A DNA stretch of 64,000 nt from Dehalococcoidia bacterium (GTDB lineage Bacteria; Chloroflexota; Dehalococcoidia; Lucifugimonadales; VXLM01), in the NCBI GenBank assembly GCA_034421575.1, contig DAOUKG010000066.1:66506-130505 (forward strand), in the 5' to 3' direction. Position 1 is the first letter of the stretch. Each line of letters opens with the position of its first letter. Of this stretch, positions 37,455-45,376 are shown one piece after another. The position numbers and the translations under genes are program-made. Under the pieces are notes generated by a model. That model was given only the letters and a program-made list of their open reading frames with translations. It had not been told where the DNA came from and did no database searches.

Positions 37455-37960
37455 CAGACTAGCCCATGGATGAGAGTTGGCGTGAGGATATTCTATCCGC
37501 GTTGGAAGATTTCAGTGTCATATCTGGTCTAGCTAAGAACAGAATAGTCCTTGGAAGTAGAGACGTTGAATTCCTGTCTGCACCTCATAGGCCAAGGACA
37601 TTACCGACTGGAAAGATGGCCGTATACGGCTTTTGGCTCAACGGTGAATGGCTGAAGATAGGTCAGGCGGGGCCGAAGTCCAATGCGCGGTACACGTCTC
37701 AGCACTATACTGGTAGTGCACAAAGCACATTGTCAGGGTCGCTCAGGAAAGATGTAGCAATGCGAAATGCCGCTGGCCTTGAAGATGACGCTCTGACGGA
37801 GTGGGCTGCATGGATAAAGCGGGAGACGAGCCGTGTGAATATCTTGCTACCGTCTACGCAAAGCAAGAGCTTACTCTCGTTATTGGAGTCGTTCTTGCAT
37901 GTACGTCTCAACCCTAGATACGAAGGTTGAAGACCTAAGGCTATGTTCCAATACAAAAAA
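37455..37960. mobile_element. 506-bp AT-richer insert between the two 49-bp repeat copies
   Basis: Bounded exactly by the duplication. Carries one ORF. Ends in ACAAAAAA. I found no terminal inverted repeats. Confidence 0.6.
37466..37930 (+). CDS. hypothetical protein, GIY-YIG/T5orf172-like nuclease-fold candidate
   Basis: 154 aa. The motif order AVYGF...LKIGQAG...R-x3-QHY...LLESFLH...PRYEG resembles the GIY / YIG / R..H / catalytic-E layout. By eye only. Confidence 0.55.
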   Translation: MDESWREDILSALEDFSVISGLAKNRIVLGSRDVEFLSAPHRPRTLPTGKMAVYGFWLNGEWLKIGQAGPKSNARYTSQHYTGSAQSTLSGSLRKDVAMRNAAGLEDDALTEWAAWIKRETSRVNILLPSTQSKSLLSLLESFLHVRLNPRYEG

Positions 37961-38009
37961 TACGTCCGGCACGTCGACGAAATTTTCGAACGTGTCGGCT
38001 TGAAATAGG
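37961..38009. repeat. 49-bp direct repeat, right copy (non-coding relic that supplies the purC RBS context)
   Basis: Identical to 37406-37454. Followed by AGGAAATAACGG-ATG of purC. Confidence 0.95.
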
Positions 38010-38021
38010 AGGAAATAACGG

Positions 38022-38894
38022 ATGCAAGCTTTGATGGAGTCCCCCCTACCCGATCGCGTGTACCGCGGCAAGGTCCGTGACACCCACGACCTCGGCGACG
38101 AATTCCTGATGGTGGCCACCGACAGGATTTCCGCCTTCGACGTGGTCATGCCGAACGGCATCCCCGACAAGGGCGCCGTGCTGTCACAGATTTCTGCCTT
38201 CTGGTTCGCCAAGACGGAGCACCTCGTCCCAAATCACCTCATCGACATGGGCAGCGCACGCCCGGATCTCGGGCTGTCGACCGACATGCAACGACGGTCG
38301 ATGATCGTCAAGAAGGCCGAGCGCATCGACGTCGAGTGCATCGTGAGGGGCTATATCACCGGCTCCGCGTGGAGCGAGTACCGTAAGACCGGCACCGTAC
38401 AGGACAAGCCCATGCAGCCGGGACTCGTCGAGGGCGACAAGTTCCCTGAGCCGCTGTTCACCCCGACGACCAAGGCTGAGGTCGGCCACGACGAGAACAT
38501 GAGCTACGAAGAGGTCGTAGACATGGTCGGCGCGGACACCGCCGCCCGGCTCCGCGACATCGCCATCGAGGTCTTCAACTTCGCGCATGACGTGGCTATC
38601 GAGTGCGGGATACTCCTGGCCGACACCAAGATGGAGTTCGGCTTCATCGACGGCAAGCTCTCACTCATCGACGAGCTTCTCACACCCGATTCCAGTCGGT
38701 TCTGGGATGCTGAGGGCTATGCGCCCGGCAAGTCTCAGCCAAACTTCGACAAGCAGTTCGTCCGCGACTACCTCGACTCGCAAGGCTGGGACCACGAGCC
38801 TCCGGCCCCTGCCTTGCCCGACGACATCGTCGCCAAGACCCGGGAGCGTTATCTGGAAGCCTTCAAGCGGTTGACCGGCACGGACCTGGCCTAG
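38022..38894 (+). CDS. purC: phosphoribosylaminoimidazole-succinocarboxamide synthase
   Basis: GKVRD, ATDRISAFD, ADTKMEFG. Confidence 0.95.
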   Translation: MQALMESPLPDRVYRGKVRDTHDLGDEFLMVATDRISAFDVVMPNGIPDKGAVLSQISAFWFAKTEHLVPNHLIDMGSARPDLGLSTDMQRRSMIVKKAERIDVECIVRGYITGSAWSEYRKTGTVQDKPMQPGLVEGDKFPEPLFTPTTKAEVGHDENMSYEEVVDMVGADTAARLRDIAIEVFNFAHDVAIECGILLADTKMEFGFIDGKLSLIDELLTPDSSRFWDAEGYAPGKSQPNFDKQFVRDYLDSQGWDHEPPAPALPDDIVAKTRERYLEAFKRLTGTDLA

Positions 38895-38935
38895 TACGAG
38901 CGGGGCGAGAGTGTTCGGCAGTCAAGGAGCCCGAT

Positions 38936-39658
38936 GTGGCCAATAGAAGGCGACAGAATAAAGAGGGCCTGCAGCGCTTCCTAAGCCTCCCTTACCTCCT
39001 CATCGGAGGCGGAGTGATCGTCGCCGCAGCTGTGGCCGTAATTCTCATCGCGGCTCTCGGCGGGGACTCAGAATCCGACTCCTCAGTTCAGGCTATCGTT
39101 CAGGAGGAGTCCTCAACTTCTCCTTCCGAGGTTGAGTCCGGTCAAAACGAGTCCATAGCAAAGCTACCCGCTGTCTTACTCGAAGAGTTCGGCGACTTCC
39201 AGTGCTCGCACTGCGCCCAGTTCGCCGTGGGAATCGGCAAGCAGATCAAGGCCGATTTCGTCGATACGGGCAAGATTCGCTTCGTCTTCCGCCACTTCCC
39301 CTTCATCGGCCCGGAGTCCTTCCGTGCCGCCGAGGCGACCGAGTGTGCCGCCGACCAGAACAAGTTCTGGGAGTACCATGACATAGTGTTCGAGAACTGG
39401 AAGGGTGTGAACGAGGGACACTTCTCCGATGACAACCTCAAGCTCTTCGCCAGCACTCTCCAACTCGATAGAGGCGCGTTTGATTCCTGCTTCGATAGCG
39501 GCAAGTACCGCGGCAAGGTCCAAACCGACCTCCGCCGTGGCGAGCGACTCGGCGTCCAGGGAACGCCAACGCTCTTCCTCAATGGGAAGATGCTCACTCC
39601 GTCATCAAACGAAGAGCTAATTCATCTCATCGAATCGGCAATCGCGGACGGGCAATGA
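38936..39658 (+). CDS. DsbA-family thiol:disulfide oxidoreductase, membrane-anchored
   Basis: GTG start, N-terminal TM helix, CSHC active site in EFGDFQCSHCAQF, GTPTLFLNG. Confidence 0.85.
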   Translation: MANRRRQNKEGLQRFLSLPYLLIGGGVIVAAAVAVILIAALGGDSESDSSVQAIVQEESSTSPSEVESGQNESIAKLPAVLLEEFGDFQCSHCAQFAVGIGKQIKADFVDTGKIRFVFRHFPFIGPESFRAAEATECAADQNKFWEYHDIVFENWKGVNEGHFSDDNLKLFASTLQLDRGAFDSCFDSGKYRGKVQTDLRRGERLGVQGTPTLFLNGKMLTPSSNEELIHLIESAIADGQ

Positions 39659-40107
39659 AACCGGCAGCCGGAGCACGCTGGGCTATCGCTGCCCTGAGCC
39701 TCGTGGGTCTGGCGGTGGCAACTTACCTCAGCGTTGAGCACGTTACCGGCGGAATCCCCGCCTGCGGAGTCTCGGCCGGCTGCGATAGCGTGACGACCAG
39801 CGAGTACGCCGTCCTGATGGGAGTGCCGGTTGCCATTGTCGGAGTCGTGGGGTACGCGGCGCTGCTGCTCGGAACCCTCGCCTACCTGGGACTCGACGAC
39901 CCTCCCACCGGCCTGTCGTACGCGCTCATGGGGATTGCGTTGCTTGGGGAGGGATTCACTCTGTACCTTGTCTACACCCAGGCCTTCCGCATCCATGCGT
40001 ACTGCGAATACTGTTTGAGCTCCGCCGCGATCATGACCTCAATCCTCGTTTTCACCGCATACGCCACGTTCAAAGCGAGACAGAATTCTCCCGTCGTGCT
40101 AGAGTAG
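39655..40107 (+). CDS. vitamin K epoxide reductase (VKOR) family protein
   Basis: 150 aa, 4 TM. Loop cysteines CGVSAGC, active site CEYC. Overlaps the DsbA-like stop by 4 nt. Confidence 0.85.
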   Translation: MKPAAGARWAIAALSLVGLAVATYLSVEHVTGGIPACGVSAGCDSVTTSEYAVLMGVPVAIVGVVGYAALLLGTLAYLGLDDPPTGLSYALMGIALLGEGFTLYLVYTQAFRIHAYCEYCLSSAAIMTSILVFTAYATFKARQNSPVVLE

Positions 40108-40138
40108 AATTCGAGAACATCCAGAAATACCCGGCTAA

Positions 40139-40765
40139 TTGCGAGGCGACATGGCCACAGACGCCACCGGAAGACGAAGACAGACACCGACACAGGCGCG
40201 AGCAGCTCGGCGCGAGCGCAGAAACCGACGGACCAGGCTGAAGAGAATACTCGCCCTCACGGCCGTCGGAGGAGTATCCGCCCTTTTCCTCATCGCCCTC
40301 TTCATACCGCAGAGCTTTGGCGGCGGCGGCAACCGTGACCTGCCCGACGGTCCCGGAGTCAGGCTGGAAGACCAGGGCCGCGAGCACATCCCCGAGGGTG
40401 GTTCACACGCGCCCTACAACATGTCCCCTCCCACTTCGGGCTGGCACTACGACCGGTGGGCCTCCTGGGGCATAAAGACCGAACCCCTGCCGGCCGAACT
40501 GTTTATCCACAACATGGAGCACGGTGGCGTGATCCTCCACTACAACTGCCCCGACGGCTGCCCGGACGAGGTCACTCAAATGGAGGAGATCGTCCGTCGC
40601 ACCGACGAGACCATCCTCATGCCGAATCCCGACATGGAAAGCAGGTTCGCGCTGACCGCATGGAACTGGATTCTCACGATGGAAGAGTACGACGACAACC
40701 AGGCTCGCGACTTCGTTCGCAGCCACTTGAACTCGCCCAACGCCCCTGAGTGGCCCAGCCGGTAG
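40139..40765 (+). CDS. DUF3105 domain protein, membrane-anchored
   Basis: PPTSGWHY, HNMEHGGVILHYNCPDGCP, FALTAWNW motifs. Confidence 0.8.
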   Translation: MRGDMATDATGRRRQTPTQARAARRERRNRRTRLKRILALTAVGGVSALFLIALFIPQSFGGGGNRDLPDGPGVRLEDQGREHIPEGGSHAPYNMSPPTSGWHYDRWASWGIKTEPLPAELFIHNMEHGGVILHYNCPDGCPDEVTQMEEIVRRTDETILMPNPDMESRFALTAWNWILTMEEYDDNQARDFVRSHLNSPNAPEWPSR

Positions 40766-40832
40766 TCCGGGCATCGTTCGTCTTCCGGCACTTGGAACCG
40801 GTCCTGCACAAAGAAACAGGAACCATGAACAC

Positions 40833-40857
40833 GTTCGCCCTGAGCCAGTCGAAGGGC
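40833..40857. repeat. short interspersed repeat core (copy 3 of 3)
   Basis: GTTCGCCCTGAGCCAGTCGAAGGGC, identical to 4765-4789. Confidence 0.7.
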
Positions 40858-40957
40858 AATTCTCCGCTTGACTAAAGGACCTGGGACCTCCCACATACCA
40901 CGCAACCCAACGACACACCATTCGTACCCTGCGAATCCGTCCTAACCTACAGAAAAA

Positions 40958-41215
40958 ATGCAGAAATTCCTCGCAAAGGTCTACGTCTCGCTCAAACCCA
41001 CGGTGAATGACCCCGAAGGTCTGACCATTCGCGGCGCTCTTGTCACCCTGGGCTACGACAAAGTCGAAACCGTGCGCGCGGGAAAGTACTTCCAGATCGA
41101 GATTGAGTCGGAATCCCAAGACGACGCCTCAAAGGCAGTCGAAGGAATGTGCAGCCAACTCCTGGCCAACCCCGTCATCGAGCAGTATGACTTCGAGCTA
41201 ACCTGCGCTGAGTGA
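40958..41215 (+). CDS. purS: phosphoribosylformylglycinamidine synthase subunit PurS
   Basis: 85 aa. KVYVSLKPTVNDPEG...VRAGKYFQIEIE is typical of PurS. Confidence 0.9.
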   Translation: MQKFLAKVYVSLKPTVNDPEGLTIRGALVTLGYDKVETVRAGKYFQIEIESESQDDASKAVEGMCSQLLANPVIEQYDFELTCAE

Positions 41216-41303
41216 CGCGGTGGGAAACTGGATGGCGGCGCGCTGGCTGGCTGGATAACGATTCAGCTACGGATTCAGCACTATCGCCCCTCTGGTACCA
41301 CCA

Positions 41304-41696
41304 TCAACCCTTTAGCAGTTCCACTATCACGTTGACGACTATGTCGGCAAGCGCAAGCGTCGCAGTAATTGCGGCCACAAGAACCGGAAACCAGTTTTCG
41401 CGTATCCAAGGGAAGCGGCGCTGCAACTTTCGCATCCGCCTGACTCCCTTTGGCGTAATTCCTCTTGCGTAATTCCTCAGTTCGATTTCTGTGTTGTTGT
41501 CAAAGTAAGGCCATAGATAACGCGCTTCGAGGAGATACTGAACGGTAACCATCAAGGCTTGCTGCTCGCGCTCCGAAATGTACTTTGCATTTAGAACTTG
41601 TGCCGCCTCAGAATGAGCACCGTTGATATACCCTAATTCACCTTTCTCATACATCAACTCAAGAATATCAAGCTCCATTTCATCTAGCTTCACCAC
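41304..41696 (-). CDS. hypothetical protein with C-terminal transmembrane anchor
   Basis: 130 aa. GTG start with a GGAGG RBS 7 nt upstream. C-terminal helix WFPVLVAAITATLALADIVVNVIVELL. Visibly lower GC than the core genes. Confidence 0.6.
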   Translation of the reverse strand: MVKLDEMELDILELMYEKGELGYINGAHSEAAQVLNAKYISEREQQALMVTVQYLLEARYLWPYFDNNTEIELRNYARGITPKGVRRMRKLQRRFPWIRENWFPVLVAAITATLALADIVVNVIVELLKG

Positions 41697-41781
41697 TTAT
41701 CGACCTCCTTAGCATGTTGTTCGTCCACAGCTTCGAGGTGTAACCAGCTAGGTCGTCGTGCAATCAGCTAGTCGTCATGTT

Positions 41782-42141
41782 CTACCGCTTTGGTTTCCCG
41801 ATTACGAATGGGCCGCTGGGCCTGTTTATCCGGCTCGGCCTATACGTTACCGACTTGCTTCCCCTGAAACCCTTCTTGAAAGAGTTCTGGACTTTCGATA
41901 TTGCTAGGTGCCTAGCTTGGTCGAGAAATGCTTGGCGGGCAGCATCGCCTGTTAGCGAAACTCCACAAGATGGACAGGTAATCCTGCTAACCTGACCACC
42001 AACAGATTCGACGTGGGCTGCGTCCCTGCACTTGTGGCAAATGAGCGTATTGTCATTAGGTGAGCTTGCAGTTTCAGTTTCACGTATCTCCACTTGCATC
42101 CTCCGAACATAGGTTTCTATCCATCGTATCAGAGATGTCAA
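41782..42141 (-). CDS. hypothetical zinc-ribbon protein
   Basis: CHKC...(18 aa)...CPSC motif and a basic C-terminal tail. The start is uncertain: TTG at 42141 (which also reads as a TTGACA -35-like hexamer) or ATG at 42099. Confidence 0.5.
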   Translation of the reverse strand: MTSLIRWIETYVRRMQVEIRETETASSPNDNTLICHKCRDAAHVESVGGQVSRITCPSCGVSLTGDAARQAFLDQARHLAISKVQNSFKKGFRGSKSVTYRPSRINRPSGPFVIGKPKR

Positions 42142-42221
42142 GATACTTGTGTTCGGAAACTCGTACGCTTAGAGGTATAGCATCGGAGTGGAAAAACGGG
42201 GGAACAGCGCAACCGGCGCAT

Positions 42222-42298
42222 TGGCAGGGGTGGCAGGATTCGAACCCGCGGCCTACGGTTTTGGAGACCGTTGCTCTACCAGCCTGAGCTACACCCCT
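42222..42298 (-). tRNA. tRNA-Trp (anticodon CCA)
   Basis: Reverse complement AGGGGTGTAGCTCAGGCTGGTAGAGCAACGGTCTCCAAAACCGTAGGCCGCGGGTTCGAATCCTGCCACCCCTGCCA. Anticodon loop CTCCAAA, encoded CCA. Confidence 0.95.
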
Positions 42299-42464
42299 GC
42301 GCTCTAACCGCCTATCGATTGTAAGGCCCCCGTCCTCACAGGGTCAATATTGCCGAGTGGCATCATTCCCCAGGGAGTGCCCTCCTCAGCCATCGCGATG
42401 GGCCGTTCGACCCACCTTCGATACGGTATAATTTGCCGACACCAATAGAAGCGAGGTCAACCAT

Positions 42465-44132
42465 ATGCGAGGCGCGGATGCAGTTGCGAGGACACTACAG
42501 GTTGCCGGCGTGGAGCGAATCTTCACCCTTTCCGGCAACCAGATCATGCCGCTATTCGATGCCTGTCTGGACGCCGACATCGACCTCTTGCATGTCCGCC
42601 AGGAGGCCGCCGCCGTTCACATGGCTGACGCTTGGGGACGACTCACCGGCCAGCCCGGCGTGGCACTGGTCACCGCCGGCCCCGGCTTCGCAAACACCCT
42701 GACCGGTCTGTACGTGGCTACCATATCGGAGTCCCCGTTGGTCCTGCTGAGCGGCTGCGCTCCGATGGAACAGCATCCCAAGGGCGCGTTCCAGGCAATG
42801 GCGCAGGCCGAGATCGCAAGCCACGTCTCAAAAGCCTCGTGGACCGCCGAGTGCGCGTCCAGCCTTCCCAACGACATCCGCAAGGCCCTCGACATCGCTG
42901 CTTCCGGACGTCCGGGTCCGGTGCACATCGCCCTACCCTTCAATACCGTAGACGATGAAGTGGATTCCCCAGAAGACGCGCTCGTTGCCGAAGGTAATGG
43001 CGGGTCCCTACCACGCATCATCGACGACGGGGATGCGGCTCAGTTTCTCGCAGAACTCCGCGACGCCAAGACGCCGCTGATTCTCGCTGGATCGATGATG
43101 ATGCGCGCGGACGGGACCACGGTGTTGGGCGAACTGTCTGCCGTAACCGGGGCGCCCGTGGTCGAGATGGAGAGTCCGCGCGGAACGAACGACCCTGCTC
43201 TTGGTGCGTTTGCCGAGGTGCTTGCGGAGGCCGATCTCATTGCACTGATCGGCAAGAAACTGGACTTTACCCTCAAAATGGGAGCGGAACCAGATATCCG
43301 CCCCGACTGCCGATTCATACAGATCGACCCCGATCGCTCTGCAATCGACCTCACTCAAAGAAACGTTGGAGACCCCGCTAGAGTCGCATTGAGCGTCGTC
43401 GCCGACCCGGTTCCCTCCGTTAGCCGAATTGTCGAGCTTGCTACCGGCGGATCAAGCGAGAGCGGCTGGGCGGACGAGGTAACGTCCGCTGTCAGCTACC
43501 GCCCCGCCTCTTGGACGGAAATGCGGGCCGAACAAGGACAGCCGCTGCACTCCTATGAGGTCGCGGAGGCAGTCCAGCAATATCTGGACGAAGACCCGAA
43601 CTCGGTGTTCATCTGCGACGGCGGCGAATGGGGTCAGTGGGCGCAGGCCTGCATAAGCGCTCCCACACGGATACTCAACGGCCCCGCTGGCTCCATCGGA
43701 ACCTCGATTCCCTTCGCATTGGCGGCGCGGCTGGCGCGCCCCGACTCTCGGATCGTCACCGTCCTCGGCGACGGCACGGCCGGATTCCACGTCATGGAGT
43801 ACGATACGGCTGTGCGATACGACATCCCCTTCGTAGCCGTGCTCGGCAACGACGCCGCATGGAACGCCGAATATCAGATTCAGCTTCGCGAGTACGGAGA
43901 GGAACGGCTCGTGGGCTGCGAACTCTTCCCTTCAAGGTACGACCGCGTCGCCGAGGCCCTCGGCGGTCATGGTGAAAACGTCGAGTCGGCCAACGACTTG
44001 GCACCGGCTCTTGCACGGGCGGAAGCGTCAGGTTTACCTGCCCTCCTCAACGTTAATCTCGCCCGCGACGCCGCGCCGGTGGTTCGCAGAGCAACCGACG
44101 CACCTCAGGCCAGCTCGGCAATGCTGCACTGA
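42465..44132 (+). CDS. thiamine-pyrophosphate-dependent enzyme (acetolactate synthase large subunit / oxalyl-CoA decarboxylase-like)
   Basis: 555 aa with a three-domain TPP enzyme layout. GPGFANT, and GDG...(N)DAAWN TPP-binding motif. Confidence 0.85.
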   Translation: MRGADAVARTLQVAGVERIFTLSGNQIMPLFDACLDADIDLLHVRQEAAAVHMADAWGRLTGQPGVALVTAGPGFANTLTGLYVATISESPLVLLSGCAPMEQHPKGAFQAMAQAEIASHVSKASWTAECASSLPNDIRKALDIAASGRPGPVHIALPFNTVDDEVDSPEDALVAEGNGGSLPRIIDDGDAAQFLAELRDAKTPLILAGSMMMRADGTTVLGELSAVTGAPVVEMESPRGTNDPALGAFAEVLAEADLIALIGKKLDFTLKMGAEPDIRPDCRFIQIDPDRSAIDLTQRNVGDPARVALSVVADPVPSVSRIVELATGGSSESGWADEVTSAVSYRPASWTEMRAEQGQPLHSYEVAEAVQQYLDEDPNSVFICDGGEWGQWAQACISAPTRILNGPAGSIGTSIPFALAARLARPDSRIVTVLGDGTAGFHVMEYDTAVRYDIPFVAVLGNDAAWNAEYQIQLREYGEERLVGCELFPSRYDRVAEALGGHGENVESANDLAPALARAEASGLPALLNVNLARDAAPVVRRATDAPQASSAMLH

Positions 44133-44380
44133 AGACTGGTCGCTCCGCGACATGTGTACTAATAGCGCCAACCCTTTGAAAGCCGGATTTGACGCGACCA
44201 GACGGCAAACCTAAACTGGATTGTAACGGCTTATCGAATAGTGATGTCGTTGGCCGTCACGGAGCAATTGGGCATGACATTGAGAGCGAGTCGGCAATGT
44301 TACGAAGAGGCGAGCGACCTGCCGTGTTGGCGCGGTGTGCGCCTCCGATAAATACCCAATGAACTTGACAATAAGAAGAG

Positions 44381-44410
44381 AATGGCGCGGAATGGCGCGA
44401 AATGGCGCAC
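44381..44410. repeat. 10-bp tandem triplet AATGGCGCGN x3
   Basis: AATGGCGCGG AATGGCGCGA AATGGCGCAC. A TTGACA hexamer lies 10 nt upstream. Sits inside a 440-bp gene-less stretch. Confidence 0.8.
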
Positions 44411-44573
44411 TTTTCAAAGAATTTTTCTCTTGACCTTATCAGGTCCCACGCCTGTCCCGTACCTCGACGCGGGGCGAAGATCCATTCCGCGTTCTCCGCT
44501 CCCTCTGCAGTGGATCCCTCCGACCTACGCATCCCTTCTATTTTCTTCTCTGTGCTCTCTGCGGTGAGACTTC

Positions 44574-45326
44574 CTACTTCCCAAACCCGTCAGGCCACCA
44601 GTCCGGCCAAACCGATTCACCTTGGTAGGGTGATCGAGGGTCCCAGAAGCTGCGCGTTTGAATCGTCAGCTCGCGAATGTTTGGGCGGTCAAGCTCTTCC
44701 GGTAACGGCAGGACCTTCCCGGGCACGCCGATGACGAAGCTACGTGGCGGGATGTCCTTTGTTACCACCGCCCCGCCGGCGATGAAACTGCCTTCGCCGA
44801 TGGTGATGTCCGGCATCACGGTAACGCCCCCTCCGATCATCACGTCGTCCTCGATGGTCGCGCCTCTTGGCGTGGGCATCGGCTCGATGCGGCCGGGAAA
44901 GCGATCGTTGGTGAAGGTGACGCCCGGCCCGATGAACACGTGGTCGCCCACCCACGTCCGAGAAGGGATGTACACGTGCGACATCACCCGCACCCCCGTC
45001 CCGAACCTCACGATGCCCTCTATCGTCGACTGGTTCATCAGGGTGCAGTAGTCGCCCATCTTCACGAGCGCTCGTACAACCGAGTTGTACCCGGCTTGGA
45101 AGTGATCGCCAATCCGCGTGTCGCCGTAGATTACCGTCCCTCTTCGGATCATGCAGTCCTTGCCCAGCACGGCGGGCCCGCACTCTTCGTGGTACCGAAA
45201 TCCGATGTCCACGCCCGGCTCAATGAGGGTGCCCTCACCTATCTCAGCGTTTACGAAATTGCTTGCGTCTATGGTATCCATCCTGTCCTCCGGCTTCCCA
45301 CTCAGGTAGTTGCGGAAGGATACCAT
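44574..45326 (-). CDS. hexapeptide-repeat (left-handed beta-helix) acyltransferase
   Basis: 250 aa with repeated [LIV]-G-x4 hexapeptides (IGEGTLIEPGVDIG, IGDHFQAG, IGPGVTF, IGGGVTV, IGEGSFIAGGAVV). Confidence 0.85.
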   Translation of the reverse strand: MVSFRNYLSGKPEDRMDTIDASNFVNAEIGEGTLIEPGVDIGFRYHEECGPAVLGKDCMIRRGTVIYGDTRIGDHFQAGYNSVVRALVKMGDYCTLMNQSTIEGIVRFGTGVRVMSHVYIPSRTWVGDHVFIGPGVTFTNDRFPGRIEPMPTPRGATIEDDVMIGGGVTVMPDITIGEGSFIAGGAVVTKDIPPRSFVIGVPGKVLPLPEELDRPNIRELTIQTRSFWDPRSPYQGESVWPDWWPDGFGK

Positions 45327-45376
45327 GCGGGCCTGGCTTTGTTGACTGCCTCCTACCCCATTGCTACGCTTGACCG

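Noticed and set aside
41216-42221. Looked for an attL/attR-type direct repeat of the tRNA-Trp 3' end at the far edge of the low-GC islet
   Set aside because: I found no match to the tRNA 3' segment near 41216-41300, only a local GATTCAGC duplication. The islet call therefore rests on composition and position alone.
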